NCBI GenBank assembly: GCA_000934665.2
Contig: JYFJ02001535.1
Span: 1 to 64,000, forward strand
Length of the DNA: 64,000 nt
Reading direction: 5' to 3'
Source: Catajapyx aquilonaris
Lineage: Eukaryota
The notes beneath the pieces are model-generated. The model saw only the letters and a list, made by a program, of their open reading frames with translations. It did no database searches and was not told the DNA's origin. This document shows, in pieces, positions 1 to 13,444 of the stretch. Position numbers and translations under genes: made by a program. Within the stretch, counting starts at the first letter, position 1, and every line of letters starts with the position of its first letter.

Positions 1-59
1 CGCCGGCCGGGGTTGCCAGGTAACGCACTACAACATAAGCAGCTTAGGCCGAATTTGTC

Positions 60-96
60 AATAGCTGTTCGGACAAAAAAGTTGGACCACCCTGTA
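60..96. mobile_element. Possible right end of a TA-target MITE in an RWDD1 intron
   Basis: Ends ...GGACCACCCTG|TA, the common CAGGGTG terminus. The partner end is outside the window. Confidence 0.35.
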
Positions 97-991
97 TAGG
101 CTAATATTGCTGTCTAGATGTACAGACAATTTTCAGCATTATATACCAATATGTACAGAGGAGGACAAGCCAGGTTGAAGTTACGGGCTTCAATCTGGTG
201 CCTGATTAAAATAAACGGTTCTTCATATGAAGCTCTCGCTTAGCTAACATTTACAATTTAAGTTCTTGACCATAAAGTGGAATTAAACACGCATATTTTG
301 ATTGCTTCGGACGGTTTATCATACGTGCAACGTTGCACGCCATAGCAACTTTTTTCTCAATACTGACAGGAAACGGTGGCAAGCTATGGCTTCCAATTCA
401 CATGAGACAAAATTGCTCAAAATGAATATTGAAAACTAGCACGACTGCCCTATAACCCACTCAATGGCATGTTTTTAAATCTATTTCATTGCACCCCACA
501 CACCGTGCAGAGTCCACTTCTGATGCGAATGCCAACTACTTAATGTCGAATAATTGTCCTCATCCGCCATGGATCGCGGTCATATTATTCTCGGCTTGTG
601 CCCCGTGCAAAGCGAAGTGAAGAAATATTTTTGAAAGGTCCCATTTAAGCCTGTCAAAATTCATGTGATTTCATGCACAATTTCGCATTCAGAATGTAAC
701 ACATTCAAGTGCGATTAATTTTACCAGTTCAGGTTCCATATCAAAATTAATTTCAGATTCGGAAAATTTGGCTCTTTCTGATTCCAACGATGTATCACTC
801 AATGCCAACATGTATTTTTCAATTTTTGTCGCCGATGTTTACTTTTATGTGGAATTGCTCATTGGCATTTGGTTTTATGTGTAATCGGGCCTATCTGGAA
901 TTGCATTAAAAATGATCGCAATATTTATTACTAGAACCTTAAATTGCAATTTGTACTTTACATTCACTATGGATGTTTTTTTCTGTTGCAG

Positions 992-1351
992 AAAAAGCTA
1001 GAGGGCACGCGAGTGACAGTGGAGAGCTTTATGGCCTGGAAATTAAAGTTTGAGGCTGAGCTTACATCCTTGAAGAAAGAAGAGAAGGAAGACAAGGAAT
1101 CCAAAAAGTTGACAGGGAAAGAGCTTTTCCTGCGAGATAAAACTCTGAATGAATCAGATCTCAAGTTCCTTGAAGAAGGTGAGAACATAACATGGAAAGG
1201 AAAAATAATTGAGCTTCTTGGATATTTCATTTTTTACATTTGCACTTAATTTTTAGGGGAGGATGCTGTGAAAGTAGACGAGTCCCTTTTCCAAGATTTG
1301 GAAGATTTGGACTTGGAAGATGATGTGGATTTTGATGTGGAAGACTCATGA
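992..1351 (+). CDS. RWDD1: RWD domain-containing protein 1, last two coding exons (5' part outside the window)
   Basis: Exons 992-1178 and 1257-1351 with GT-AG borders splice to KKLEGTRVTVESFMAWKLKFEAE...LTGKELF...VKVDESLFQDLEDLDLED...*, the recognisable RWDD1/Gir2 C-terminus. AATAAA at 1417-1422. Confidence 0.9.
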
Positions 1352-2459
1352 ATGACGCTTAAATATCAATTGTTTTCATTGTGTGGTGGAGATTATAGTG
1401 TGTGTGCATGTTTGTAAATAAAGAGGGATTTATTTTAGTAATCTTTGTACCTGGGGTGATGCCCATTATTCTTAAACTCTCTTGGAGGCCCAAACCCTCA
1501 ATTTTGATCCTAGAGCTAGAAAGCTATCAAAACCATATTGGGCGGAAATAACTTCAATCTGACCAACTACAATGGAACTGACAAGTTGTGTGGGACCCAT
1601 TTGTCCTCCCTTGGTGTCATCCTCACAGACCTTGTATGTTTCCCTATTTGGCTGGCATCTGCATTGTTCTAATTCTGGTTCTTGGACGTCACAGAGCCAC
1701 AGGAATTGCAAGTTAATTAGCTGCTTCTGTAACACTGTGACAAAAGCAAGTCAAGTGAACAAATGTTGAGTGGCATCTGCATTGTCTGAATAATTAGGCC
1801 TTATGTCACACCAAATGTGGTAATGGCCATGTGACATATGTGTAGCCTTCTCAGAAAGCACATACTCGCTACTGCAGCATTTGTTGATAGTTTTAGCATT
1901 ATTAAGAAGCACATAGTGATTTTGGGATATGGAGTAAGTCTTAATAGCATCTGACAATTCTACAAGTACAAATGCTTCACATTTTGACAGTATTGAAGTA
2001 TGCCATGAGTGCAAAAAAATGCTATACTACCCACGTCTCACCATGCATGCAATGTCGGTATCTCCATCATTTTTCCTACTCATGGTCACCAATTCCCCTA
2101 CAACATCCGGGTGGTGAATCAATAGCATACAGTCCCTCGATATTTCCATTCAGAACTTGTCAATCACATTCGATCTACCCCATTTTCATAGACCACACAA
2201 TAAGCGAACGTCAAACTACATTGTTGTGAAACACATCCAGGTATTCGCCCTTTTGCTAAGAACATCATAATGAAGAGACCTTGCACACTCAAGCTGTGAC
2301 TCATCTACACCACTGGATACCTGGAGTATATTAGCTTGGGTTCAAGGAGCAGACAGAACAAAGACCTGTGGGTGGGAGAGAGTAACGCACCTGGATTGAT
2401 TCCCTGCATACGTATACACTGCACACTCCTGAGACGCCAAGCATTGAATACCAACCATC

Positions 2460-5064
2460 ATGTCAGAAGAGTCTGATGAGAAGACGTCTCCAGTTAGCAA
2501 GAAGTTTGTGCAGAAGATTCTGAAGAGAGGGCTGAAGAATGAAGGGAAAGTGGAATTGATCTCCATGAAGACTGGACCTGGAAGCAGGAAAGGAGACAAT
2601 GTTACTAGCAATCTCATTGCCATTGATGTCGAGGTAATTTCAATCACCTAGTTCTATGCTTAAATACTCGTTTATGTTGTTCTATGATGACCAACATTGT
2701 CATTGACATGCACGTGGTATGCCTGCTTTATTGTTTCTGATGCTCAGCAGCACAGCAGATGCTCATTCATTCTTCCATTTAACTGCCACTGCACGTACTG
2801 CTACTTTTATAATCAGTTCTGGTGTGCTGAGGCATGTCTAGCACTGCATAGTGAAGCGCTCAGTTATTTCAGCTTCAGTTTGGTATTTAAACTAGTGGTT
2901 TACTTGTTTTAGGTAAAACTCTATGATGTAAATTAAATATGGATCACGTGTAGAACTGGGCTGTCCTTACTGTATCAGCATACAGCATTATCAGTGTAAC
3001 GCTCGTTTGTTGACAACAAATTGGCTTAACCTCGACAATAAATTTTTGAGCATTTTTTGTTTGTTTCTGGCTTAGCACAAATGACATGTTAAATTTTCAT
3101 GACTTCGATTATTATAGCAACAGAAACTTCTTATACTGTGTTGGTTCAAGTGGAAGAATTTATCATAAACATAATCATGTATACTTGTAGTCTACACATT
3201 GTTGCATAATAATCACACATACCAGATTGTCCTACTCTAATTAGTCTATGCTTTTTCTTGCTGAAAATGATATCCCAATAATGCATAAATACTGCAAAAT
3301 TTAATAATTGAATATATTAATCATAATGAAAATTTTAAAGACGTGCACTTTTACATATGACTTACACCAATTATTACACGCAATATATCAAAAGGAAGAA
3401 TAAAAAGTTCCGGTACCGGGAATCGAACCCGGGCCTCCCGGGTGAGAGCCGGGTATCCTAACCACTAGACCATACCGGAGTTCGATATACATGTCACATT
3501 TGGTTTAATATTGCTTCTTTTTGCATAATACATTGCACTGCTATAAATAAGCCCATGAATCTCCAAAGTCAAGGACCGAACATATGGCAAACTTCCAAAG
3601 GCAAACTATCAACATCTCCGGTATGGTCTAGGGGTTAGGATACCCGGCTCTCACCCGGGAGGCCCGGGTTCGATTCCCGGTACCGGAACACTGTTTTTTT
3701 TGCCGAGTTTTCCTTCGCCCAAAAAGTACACACGTGAAGAAAAAAGTGTCGGTTCTTAATTTACATAATTATGCGATTATTCCTTGCATTGTATTGTTAG
3801 GAATCGAAGGGCTCTACTCCATATAATATACCGTTACTCTTCCATATAGGTGAATATTGACGGAAAGGAAGAAATGATTCACATGCTGATGAAAAAGTTG
3901 CCAGAAAACAATGCCTTTGTCAGAGACTTCGCCAACTCTGCCCAGCTCTTCGTCAAAGAAGTCTCCGCCTACAAGGAGGTATTTCCATACATGATCGAGT
4001 TCCAGAAGAAGAGAGGCGCCGAAAACATATTCATTCCTCCAGTCCCGAAGTTCTACGACTCCAAGATTGATGGCTTCAGAGACTACATTGTGGTCGAGGA
4101 TGTCCGACCCCGAGGTTTCAAGATGCAAAACCGGTACAATGGACTCTCCTTTGAAGAGAGCTGCATGGCCCTGAAGGAACTGGCTCGTCTTCACGCGATC
4201 ACCTACGGGATGAAAATTGTCGAAGGGCGTTCTCTGATCGACATATTTCCTACTGCACAGGAGAAGATTGTTACCGAGAACAATCGAGAGCATGGGAAGA
4301 TTTACTTGTACGCTCTGAAGGAGGCCATTCGCATGGTGGAGTTCGAGGTTGAGGATGATGGTCCACAGCTGGCCTCCCGAATGAGGAAGCTGCAGGATCA
4401 GGCTTGGTGCACTGTCCTCAAGGGATTCAATGACTTCGACCATCCCTTAGCAGTGCTGAATCACGGAGACGTGTGGGTTAACAATATGCTGTTCAAGTAC
4501 GATGATGAGGAGACGAGAAAGCCGGTGGATATGATCTTCATTGACTTCCAAATGACTCGAATCATCCCGTTGACACTAGAGTTGACTTACTTCTTTTACA
4601 CCAGCACTACACTTGAACTTCGAAGAGCTCATATCAAGGTAAGTGTGTTTATGTAGAGCATACACGTCTTGTACTCACTTCAATTTATCTCACTCTCTTA
4701 GGACATGATGAGAGCTTATTGGTACAGTTTCATCGACACCCTTCGAGACATCAAAGTAGAGCCACCCCCAGAGCTGACCTACGAAACACTTCGAAAGAAC
4801 ATGATAGACATGCTTCCTTTCGGCCTCATCTACATGTGCTTTGCCATCCCGATGCAACTTGCCAATCCAGAAGACACGTTTGAAGAAAGTCCTATCCACA
4901 GAAGGAGGGGATCAGGAATGTTCGACAAAGAAGACGACGAGGAAAGCTTCGTGACATCATATCTCAAGGCCTTCGCCATTGAGTTGTACAGGAAGACTTC
5001 TCCCATTGGGAAGAAACGACTCGTAGAAATTGTACGGGAGATGATAGAGAGAAATGTTATCTAA
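2460..5064 (+). CDS. EcKL-1: ecdysteroid kinase-like (EcKinase/CHK) protein, 3 exons
   Basis: Exons 2460-2633, 3850-4638 and 4702-5064 (phase-0 GT-AG introns). Motifs KGDN..S, LARLHA, NHGDVWVNN and FIDFQ are typical of the EcKL/choline-kinase-like fold. Confidence 0.9.
3408..3479 (-). tRNA. tRNA-Glu (CTC)
   Basis: 72-nt cloverleaf TCCGGTATGGTCTAGTGG...CCCGG-CT-CTC-AC-CCGGG...GGTTCGATTCC...CCGGAA, followed by a T5 Pol III terminator (3402-3406). Confidence 0.95.
3617..3688 (+). tRNA. tRNA-Glu (CTC)
   Basis: Same sequence as the other copy except one D-loop base (TAGGGG vs TAGTGG). T8 terminator at 3694-3701. Confidence 0.95.
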
Positions 5065-5773
5065 CTTACAGTTAGTATATTACCAATTTTTTGCGTCGTT
5101 TTTACATGGGGTTTAGGAAATGTCTTGTTATGCAATATTTTTATGTGGTTGTGGTCATGAGGTGACTTTTGCTCATAAATATTCTGAGTAACTAGGAAAA
5201 ATAAGTGCATCATGTCCGTATGTATAGAGTTTGATGACATAGTTGCTTACTTATAAATACTTCAGTATAGGCCTATCACTCGCAGAACTATTTTTCAAAA
5301 TAGTTGCAGCACTACCTGACACTCAATATTACTGTATAACCTTTACTATTTCTCAATAAATGACATTCTTGCAGCCAAAGTGACCATACGTCATTAGGCG
5401 ATGTATTTTCTCTATCCTTATACTTTATCTTCAGCACAGCAGTTCTCTACTGAGCATTAAAGTCATTCCCTTTGCAAGAGCCCGTTTTCGCAACATCAGG
5501 AGTTATCTCCATGATGATGAAATGGTGACTGAATAATTGAATATAGCTTCACTGTATGGGTCACAACTCCTGTCACCAAATATGGCAGCAATTATGCAAA
5601 TACACCAGTAAAATTGTTCGGGTCTAAATACTTCGGCATGTGTCTGCCACTACACGTTTTTCAGGGTATGCATTATCGAGAAAAAGAAATTCCTTACGAG
5701 CATTCTCCTCGCGTTTCTTTTTCATTTGACCGGATCAGCCCACGGACACTACCCCTATCTTCTGGGCTTATCA

Positions 5774-6074
5774 CCTGCCGAGGGGTTTTGCAGCGGGTGC
5801 TCACCTGAGACCGCCACGAGACATTTCCCAGAGCATTTATGTGGCGACCCTATCGGACTGAGGCTGAACTTTACAGGTACGAAAGGGTGGCTACATGCTG
5901 GCCCAACATGGCCGCCGCCGGCCATGTTGGACCACCCAATGTAGCCATCCCGAGAGCCCCCCCCCCNGTACCTGTAAAGTTCAGCCTTAGTCCGGTAGGG
6001 TCGCCACATAAATGCTCTGGGAAATGTCTCGTGGCGGTCTCAGGTGAGCACCCGCTGCAAAACCCCTCGGCAGG
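5774..6074. repeat. Approx. 300-bp near-perfect palindrome (foldback/MITE-like)
   Basis: Arms 5774-5880 and 5968-6074 are reverse complements with 2 mismatches in 107 bp. The inner stem CCAACATGGCCG/CGGCCATGTTGG closes a 4-nt loop. Confidence 0.9.
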
Positions 6075-6999
6075 GGGTGGGTGGGGAGTGACCTAACCGG
6101 AGTCTTCTACAACCATGGACCGGATACTCGTATGTTGATTGAGGTTTTGACCACTTCCACTAACTGGAAAAAATTATTTAAACGGGCCCCATTTTCAAAA
6201 TTTCGCGATTTTTTCCTTCTCCGCGGTATATCACAATTTGGCTAAAACTTGATATGCAGTGTTATGGCATACAGCTGTGATTTTTTCAGCAAATTCCGAG
6301 ATGGTCTAGCTTTCTAGCAACATTTAGGCCCACTTCACACTATACGAACGTGACGTATATTTATGGACTGTCATTTAACCTACTTCATCTCTAGTCATCA
6401 CATACTGCCGTTTTGGAACTTACCTCTTGATCATCTTGTACAACTTCTATCGCAGGCGGAGGGACAACGCCAGTCAGGTTGATGTTTCTTTTTATCCTGG
6501 TCCAAAACTCCTCTTCTTGGTACAGAGCCTTGTTTCATCAGCTTAAAAGAACTTTGTAAACCCAGCACACTGTTGGCTACTCTTGCATGCTGCGTAAAAT
6601 AACTGGCCACGTGTTGACGCACAAAAGTAACCCTTACATAACTAAAAGTTTCCCTGGTGCACCGCTTGTGCACCGGATGCACCGTCCATCTTCAATTATG
6701 CAACCTGCGCAGGCAAACCGTCCCTATATAAACCACTTGCAACCCCTTTTGAACGACTAATGCAAGGGCACTTGGAAGCCCTCAGTTATTGGCTCTTGCT
6801 TCGCTGTACTTTCAGTTGACCTGGAGGCTTCGATGCAGACAGCTGAACTTTTGTGACTGGAGATGTCAGCATTATAAATTCCGACTCATAACACGAGGTA
6901 AGTCCGCAGTTATTTGGCTCTGATCACGCTGCATTTCACGCCTCCATTTGATATATAATATTGAAATGATGTTGCAGTTGCATCTGTGCTGTATAAGTC

Positions 7000-8280
7000 A
7001 TGGCGGACATCAACACCATTACAAATGCACTGAAGCGCAGCCTAGGTGTGAAGAACCCTGCAGCCAAAGTGGTGGTGCTGTCAATAGAAGCCGGATCCAA
7101 AGAAGGCATAGCAACCAGTGCAACTAGCAACTTCTCCATCTACCGAGCCATGGTTGAGGTGGATGGCCGGTTAGAGAAGCACAGTTTGTTCTGCAAGACC
7201 ATGTACGAGGTCGAAGGGTGTGTCCGGAAATTTGTGACTAGAGCTCGGCTATACCCAACGGAAACTGGGGTGTACCAGGACTTGTTTCCGTACATGGAAC
7301 AATTTCAGAAGGAAAGGAAAGTGTTGCCTTTGTGCCTTGCTGTGACGGAATTGTACGGTGTGTCTGACAATTGCATAGTGCTGGGTGACCTCATGGCAAA
7401 GGGGTTTCGAACCACGAATAAGATTTGCCTCAGCTATGAGGAGGTTGTCATATCTCTACGTGAGCTGGCTAAACTGCATGCGATAAGTAACACACTTTTG
7501 TTGTGTAAGGACAACATATTTGACCAGTTCTTCCTGCGAGAAACGGTATTCACCAGTGATATGTTCGATGTAGTGTATCACCTTTTCACTACTTCTTATA
7601 CAGCCGCCATAAACATGGTCAACAACGTCGATCAAGAGCTAGGGCAGAAAATGACCAAGTATCAGAACAAAGTCTTTGACACCTTGATGGAACAGGTCAG
7701 TAGGCACGACAAATCATTTCGGACCATTTGCCACGGAGATTTGTGGTTCAGCAACATCATGTTCTTGTACGACCAAACTGGAGTTCCGGTTGAAGTCAAA
7801 TTTGTCGATTTCCAAAAGACAAAAGTGGGATCTCTTGCTTTGGACCTGACATTTTTATTGTACACCAGTACCACTCGTGAATTCAGAAAAGCTCATTATC
7901 GTGAGATACTTCAAATATATTGCAACGAGTTTCAAAGCACTTTGACTTATCTTGGAGAGTCGCCCATGTTTACAATAGAAGACCTTATGCAAGAGATGAA
8001 AGAGGCTCTTCCGTTTGCCGTGACTTTCATGGCATTTTCAATGCCCATGCAGCTCAATGGCGATCCCAAAGATTTTTGCAATATGAATAGTGGGAATCAA
8101 ATACCACTACTTATTGATATTCCAGACATATGGAAAGAAGCTGATAAATGTGCATCAGATCGTGACAAGAATTCACAGGTTTTTATGGCTCAAAATTTGG
8201 CTAGGAATATGTACCACCCGGATGTGCAAAGGAGGATGTTAGAATTCTACCGAGAAATGTCTGAAATGGATATCATATAA
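7000..8280 (+). CDS. EcKL-2, single coding exon (426 aa)
   Basis: Motifs LAKLHA, CHGDLWFSN, FVDFQ. Probable 5'UTR intron 6898-6977 and TATATAAA at 6725. Confidence 0.9.
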   Translation: MADINTITNALKRSLGVKNPAAKVVVLSIEAGSKEGIATSATSNFSIYRAMVEVDGRLEKHSLFCKTMYEVEGCVRKFVTRARLYPTETGVYQDLFPYMEQFQKERKVLPLCLAVTELYGVSDNCIVLGDLMAKGFRTTNKICLSYEEVVISLRELAKLHAISNTLLLCKDNIFDQFFLRETVFTSDMFDVVYHLFTTSYTAAINMVNNVDQELGQKMTKYQNKVFDTLMEQVSRHDKSFRTICHGDLWFSNIMFLYDQTGVPVEVKFVDFQKTKVGSLALDLTFLLYTSTTREFRKAHYREILQIYCNEFQSTLTYLGESPMFTIEDLMQEMKEALPFAVTFMAFSMPMQLNGDPKDFCNMNSGNQIPLLIDIPDIWKEADKCASDRDKNSQVFMAQNLARNMYHPDVQRRMLEFYREMSEMDII

Positions 8281-9510
8281 GTGCTACATTCACCTGTAGG
8301 CCTATCCTATTCTGGGACCTTCCATTAATATGCGTTTATGTAGCCTTGCAGTTTTTAAATCGCATGTATAATAAATCATATGATGTGATATTTACTGCTC
8401 TTGAGTGCCACTAAAATATAGCTTGCATAGTTATTAATTGCTTTCTCATTTTTTTATTCTCATATAACATGCACATTGACTTTGTCATATCTATTCCTCA
8501 CCCCCTGTAGTTCTAGAGAATATAACAACGGAAACCGCTATTAAAACTCTTGCTAACAAACACATTTTTAAAGCAGTACGAGTCAGTAGGTCAGTGCCCC
8601 GACGGTATCGACTAACACACCCGACAACTTGAGTAATGTTTTATAAGCGATAAGCATATTCAAAGTTCATTGCTATTCATCGGAGTATCTTGGAAGGAAG
8701 GAGGTCAGAGGGGCTGTATATATTTTAATGTAAACGAGGACCGTACCTCCAGGAGAGTCGTTCTCCATTGCAACCAATGAACCAAAAACAAATCAAGGTA
8801 CAGTACAGTTTGGTATACTTGTTCTAAGCATTCAGTAAACTGTAATACAGTGTAGTATTGTGTAGAATTATTATTAACACAATATTTTCCAACTCGACCA
8901 ACTCGTAATTGAATGGACCATGTCAATAAGGACACATCCAAATGCGGTGACATACTCGTAACTGTAGCATTACTGCATAAGTGAGAGAGTTGCTATTGTT
9001 TGCTATAGAGTAAAAATATCTGACAGTATTGTTTTGCACTTGGTACCAACTTGGTACTCCCTGTGTGCCGGACAATATTGGTTTAACATTGCATATTTTA
9101 GGAGTGAATATCTGAATGAAACACACAGTAAATTGTCATTGATGATTTTGTGTGTTTTTGTCACACTGTGATCCTCGGTTATGATTGTATGCCTCGTTTT
9201 TCATTTTTTGCTTCAGATCACAATAACTATCATCCATAAGCTCCGAACATCCACCTATACATACAATACAATGTGATCAACTCGAGAACAAAGGATTGTT
9301 GGTTTTCTGGTTATAGAACCGGTTTTGACGGAAATAACAGTGATTTAAACACTTCATGTGCTCTAAGTGTTTTCTTCTGCCAATCTCAAACCACCAAGCT
9401 ATTGTAACATGACATCCTGCATTTGTATATCATATGATGTGTCTTGTATTAACCGGAAACTGATTCTATTATAATACGAAGAAGGGTGAGCTATTTCAAC
9501 AAGATCCTGT

Positions 9511-9533
9511 TATATATATATATATATATATAT
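9511..9533. repeat. (TA)n microsatellite
   Basis: Direct reading of the sequence. Confidence 0.9.
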
Positions 9534-11645
9534 GGGAAAACCCTACATATTGCTCTCCTCATTGTGAACAGTGCTAGTTCGCTACCGGAGACGCTGCACT
9601 GGTGAGGACATCACCGTCTTTGTCACTAACATAGGTTTTGTTTAGTTTCATATGTGTTTCGCATTAAGACATTAAATTAATGTTAGATTACAGTGGCTAC
9701 ATGCGCTGTTATTTGTAATGTGCAAAAATTACCTGCAAGATTATTAATTAGTAGGAACTTAGGAACTAATTTTTCATGACTTTTGTTGTTCTACACGTAT
9801 ATGACTTTTTTGACAAGTAAGTGTAACTTACTGTAATGTCTCAAATTTCTCAGAGCAGCAAACCAGAGGATGCAGATCCAGGTTCACACACAAACTTTAG
9901 AACAACATAACTTACTATATCCCTGAGCTCTGGTGGAAAGCGTCATACCGAGCCTGGAGGGTGATCAACTAGAAACAACTTCAAACTACTATTCTTCAGG
10001 CTCTGTCTTTGAAGTGGGAGGTATGTAACGTGCAACACTAAACTCAATTGGTTATAGTGTATTATAAAAATGAATGAATTAATTTGCGATTTTCCACACT
10101 CAAAGAAAATTAATAATGGTATTTCACCGAGGTTCAAGGTCTTATGAGATGTGGGTATAATATTGGGATCATGACACTGCATTGTCATACAACCAGGATT
10201 CTGAAGTCACACTGTATGCAATATTAGTCGTATAGAAAGCATCATCGTGTACATACCATTGTAGTTTGATCTGTATTGTATTAATATTATTTGTTGAATA
10301 ACATTCGGCGGAATTTCTGTCTAGAAAAGTGAATACCGGTACACCTTACACACTTATGTGCATCATAATGCTGCAAATGTCATAACCATTCATAAATTAT
10401 GCAGTCCGGGACAATCGTGTTCATCTATCTTTCATTGCCTCAAACAATGCGAATGGCATTAGTGTTATAATGACAAATTACGGAAGGTGATCTTCACGCA
10501 TTATATCTGGCCTCTAATTACCCTCATCTCCACATTCATACAGAATCAGTGCAATGCAACACGCACTATTTCGCCATTGGATCGGAGTTCTCCCAGGTCC
10601 ATCGACTAAATACTAGACAGGACAAGAATAGTGAAGGAATTTCATATTTTTATCATGGTACTTGATTTTTCATATTTAACTTTCTTTACTTCATGGGCAA
10701 TTTTGGCCTGGAGTTATTCTTTAAAATATTTTCTTGCTAGGAGAAAATAATATATTGCTGTTTATTAATACTTTACCACGCAATCGTTACTATGCGAAAA
10801 CTAATCTAGGCTGTTTTTCAATACCATCTGTTATACATATAGGTATTATTTTTTATGTTTATCAATGCACTGTGATTGATTCTGATATTAACTAGTGTAT
10901 AACTTACATGCAAAAGTGACACACATCATGTTCATGTATAGCTAACAATCTGTCACAAATTAACTGTTATTATCATTTGAATGTCAAAGAACAACAAACA
11001 ACAAGGCTGCTGGAACAGATGCTGCATGATGTCACAAGGTCCCATTATTTAACAGCTCGGGCATGTATATTGATATAATACATGATTCTGCATTGACATA
11101 ATGTAGCCTAATGGTTTCAGGACACCAATTTGTAATTTTTATATCTCTCACAAAAATATAGCTCCATTTCTGATCATTTAGGCTAATGCTGCTTGTAACA
11201 ACTTATCATTTTATGTAATTGCAACCTACCATTAGTTTCACTATGATATCATTGTTTTCCTGTTGAGGTGTCCCTGAAATAATTGAGGGATATGCTAGGT
11301 CAGCACTGTAATCCATCATTATGACCTTAGTAGTGTCAAGCTGCATATGTGCTCAGTAGATGACAAAACGTGGAAGCACTGTGTTCAACCTCTCTGTGCA
11401 TCGTTATTTCTTCAATTTGAAATAATCAAGGTGAGTACGACGACAATTGCACCATTTTCTGGATCAACACCCGAGCAGACTATGTTACGACATTATACCG
11501 ATTAGTTTCTCGACATTTCTTAGCCCTAATGATGACCTAGAGTTATGACTCATCATGTACATGTGCATTTCTGATATTGGCTAAATTAGTGGCTAAATTA
11601 GCAATTATTTTTGTCTTTCACAGAATTCAAGTTGAATCACTCATC

Positions 11646-12962
11646 ATGGATGACATTAATGAAAGCAACATTTATTCCAACATCACAAATGCAGTGAAGG
11701 ACCACTTGCAGTCCAAAAACCGTGGTACGAAGATCAATGTCTTGTCGATTGAAACCGGATCTGGAGAAGAGCTGGCCAGCAGTGCCACCAGCACTCTGAC
11801 CACTTGCAAGGTCATAGTTCAGGTCAATAACAACTCGGAGACACATCGAGTTTTTTGTAAGAACGTGTACGATGGGGATCGGCAGTTTGTCACACGTTCC
11901 AAAATGTACGAGAAGGAAATTGGAATGTACAAGCAGCTAGTACCGTTCATAAATAAGTTTCAAGAGAGCAGAAACGTAACTCCATTGCCACTGGCTGTTC
12001 CCATATTTTATGGTTCATCCAGCAGCCTTTTGTATCTGTTACTGAATGACATCAGGGCTGATGGGTTTCACACCTCGGGAAGAAATTATTTTGACAAAGA
12101 TGAAGTTGACATATCTGTAAGGGAGATGGCAAAAATGCATGCTATAGGTCATGCCATCACTTCAGTGTACAAGGATCGAATTGTTGAGATGTTTCCTTTC
12201 CTGCAAGAAACAATCTTTAGGAAGGAAATGTTCAATGCTTTGTACCACCGCTGGACCAGGATCTATGATGGAGCTATACACTTGGTAAGCTGCATTGACC
12301 CACATATTGGCAAGAGAATGACCAAGTACCAAAACAAGGTGTTTGATACATTGTTAGAACAGGTCAACAGATGTGACGAAACATTTCGCACAATCTGCCA
12401 CGGAGACCTGTGGTTCAGCAACATCATGTTTTTGTATGACAAACTAGGGGTACCCATTGGAGTCAAATTCGTCGACTTTCAAAATGTCAAGGTCGGATCT
12501 CTTGCCTTAGATCTGACCTTCTTCTTGTACACCAGCACCACCAGCGAATTCAGAAAAGAGAACTACAGCAACGTGCTTCAAACGTACTTCAATCAATTTC
12601 AAAGCACTCTGATTCACCTGGGTATGGACGATATGACACCAAAGTTGACACTTGATGGTCTGAAGCAGGAGATGATGGAAAGCCTACCATTTGCAGTCAC
12701 ATTCATGTCATTCGCCATGCCCATGCAGCTAAATGGTGACCCCAAAACGTTTCAAGCCAACGACCTGAAAACCTGCCAGGAGAACCAGTACAGTTACGAA
12801 GTTCCAGATCAGTGGAAGGAAGCAGACAGGACTGTCGGAGACCTGGAGAAGTATGCTCAGATTGTCATGGCTCGGAGGGTATCGAAAAACATGCACCATC
12901 CAAGCGTCAAGTACAGGATGTTTGAATTCTACAGGGAAATGGCTGAACAGGGTGTTATTTAA
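11646..12962 (+). CDS. EcKL-3, single coding exon (438 aa)
   Basis: Motifs MAKMHA, CHGDLWFSN, FVDFQ. ATG 11646 follows an acceptor at 11623 with a donor at 11431. The ORF-track start at 11577 is a TTG inside the intron. Confidence 0.88.
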   Translation: MDDINESNIYSNITNAVKDHLQSKNRGTKINVLSIETGSGEELASSATSTLTTCKVIVQVNNNSETHRVFCKNVYDGDRQFVTRSKMYEKEIGMYKQLVPFINKFQESRNVTPLPLAVPIFYGSSSSLLYLLLNDIRADGFHTSGRNYFDKDEVDISVREMAKMHAIGHAITSVYKDRIVEMFPFLQETIFRKEMFNALYHRWTRIYDGAIHLVSCIDPHIGKRMTKYQNKVFDTLLEQVNRCDETFRTICHGDLWFSNIMFLYDKLGVPIGVKFVDFQNVKVGSLALDLTFFLYTSTTSEFRKENYSNVLQTYFNQFQSTLIHLGMDDMTPKLTLDGLKQEMMESLPFAVTFMSFAMPMQLNGDPKTFQANDLKTCQENQYSYEVPDQWKEADRTVGDLEKYAQIVMARRVSKNMHHPSVKYRMFEFYREMAEQGVI

Positions 12963-13444
12963 ATTACCCTGTTTTGTGTAAGGAAATAATGTAAATTGTA
13001 CCACACACATTAGAAAAATATGCACGTCAACAATGCCTCAGTATACCGTCAGGAATTCGACATATTTTGCTTCTTACAACATAGTACACTTAATTATGCC
13101 TGTTATTTTAATAAATGGCATGAATATTCTCTCAAATATTTTATTTATTTACTTTTCGCAGGGGAAAGGTAGTCTTCATTTTTCTACGGTCTCTTCCTTA
13201 TGTAATTTTATTGTGTACACCAGTACACGAGTAACAAAAAACTCTTCCTCGTTAGTTTTTGCAGTGCTGACATTCACAAAATTGCGTACTTGTGTGATTG
13301 ATGGTAGCTATTTTGAACAACATTATTTGGGTTCATATTTATGACTGTGAAAACCTCTTGATTGACAGGAAAATGAAGTATTAAATATACGGTATATATT
13401 CTCATGGTCATATAGGCATAGTTCGTTATGAGTTTAGTAGACTA

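Noticed and set aside
5755..6096. Mirror-image ORFs on both strands (MWRPYRT...)
   Set aside because: A by-product of the palindrome; non-ATG starts and no family motif.
2290..11555. TGACTCA sites near EcKL-1 and EcKL-3 as CncC/Maf xenobiotic elements
   Set aside because: They lack the flanking GC of a full ARE and are not positionally conserved across paralogs.
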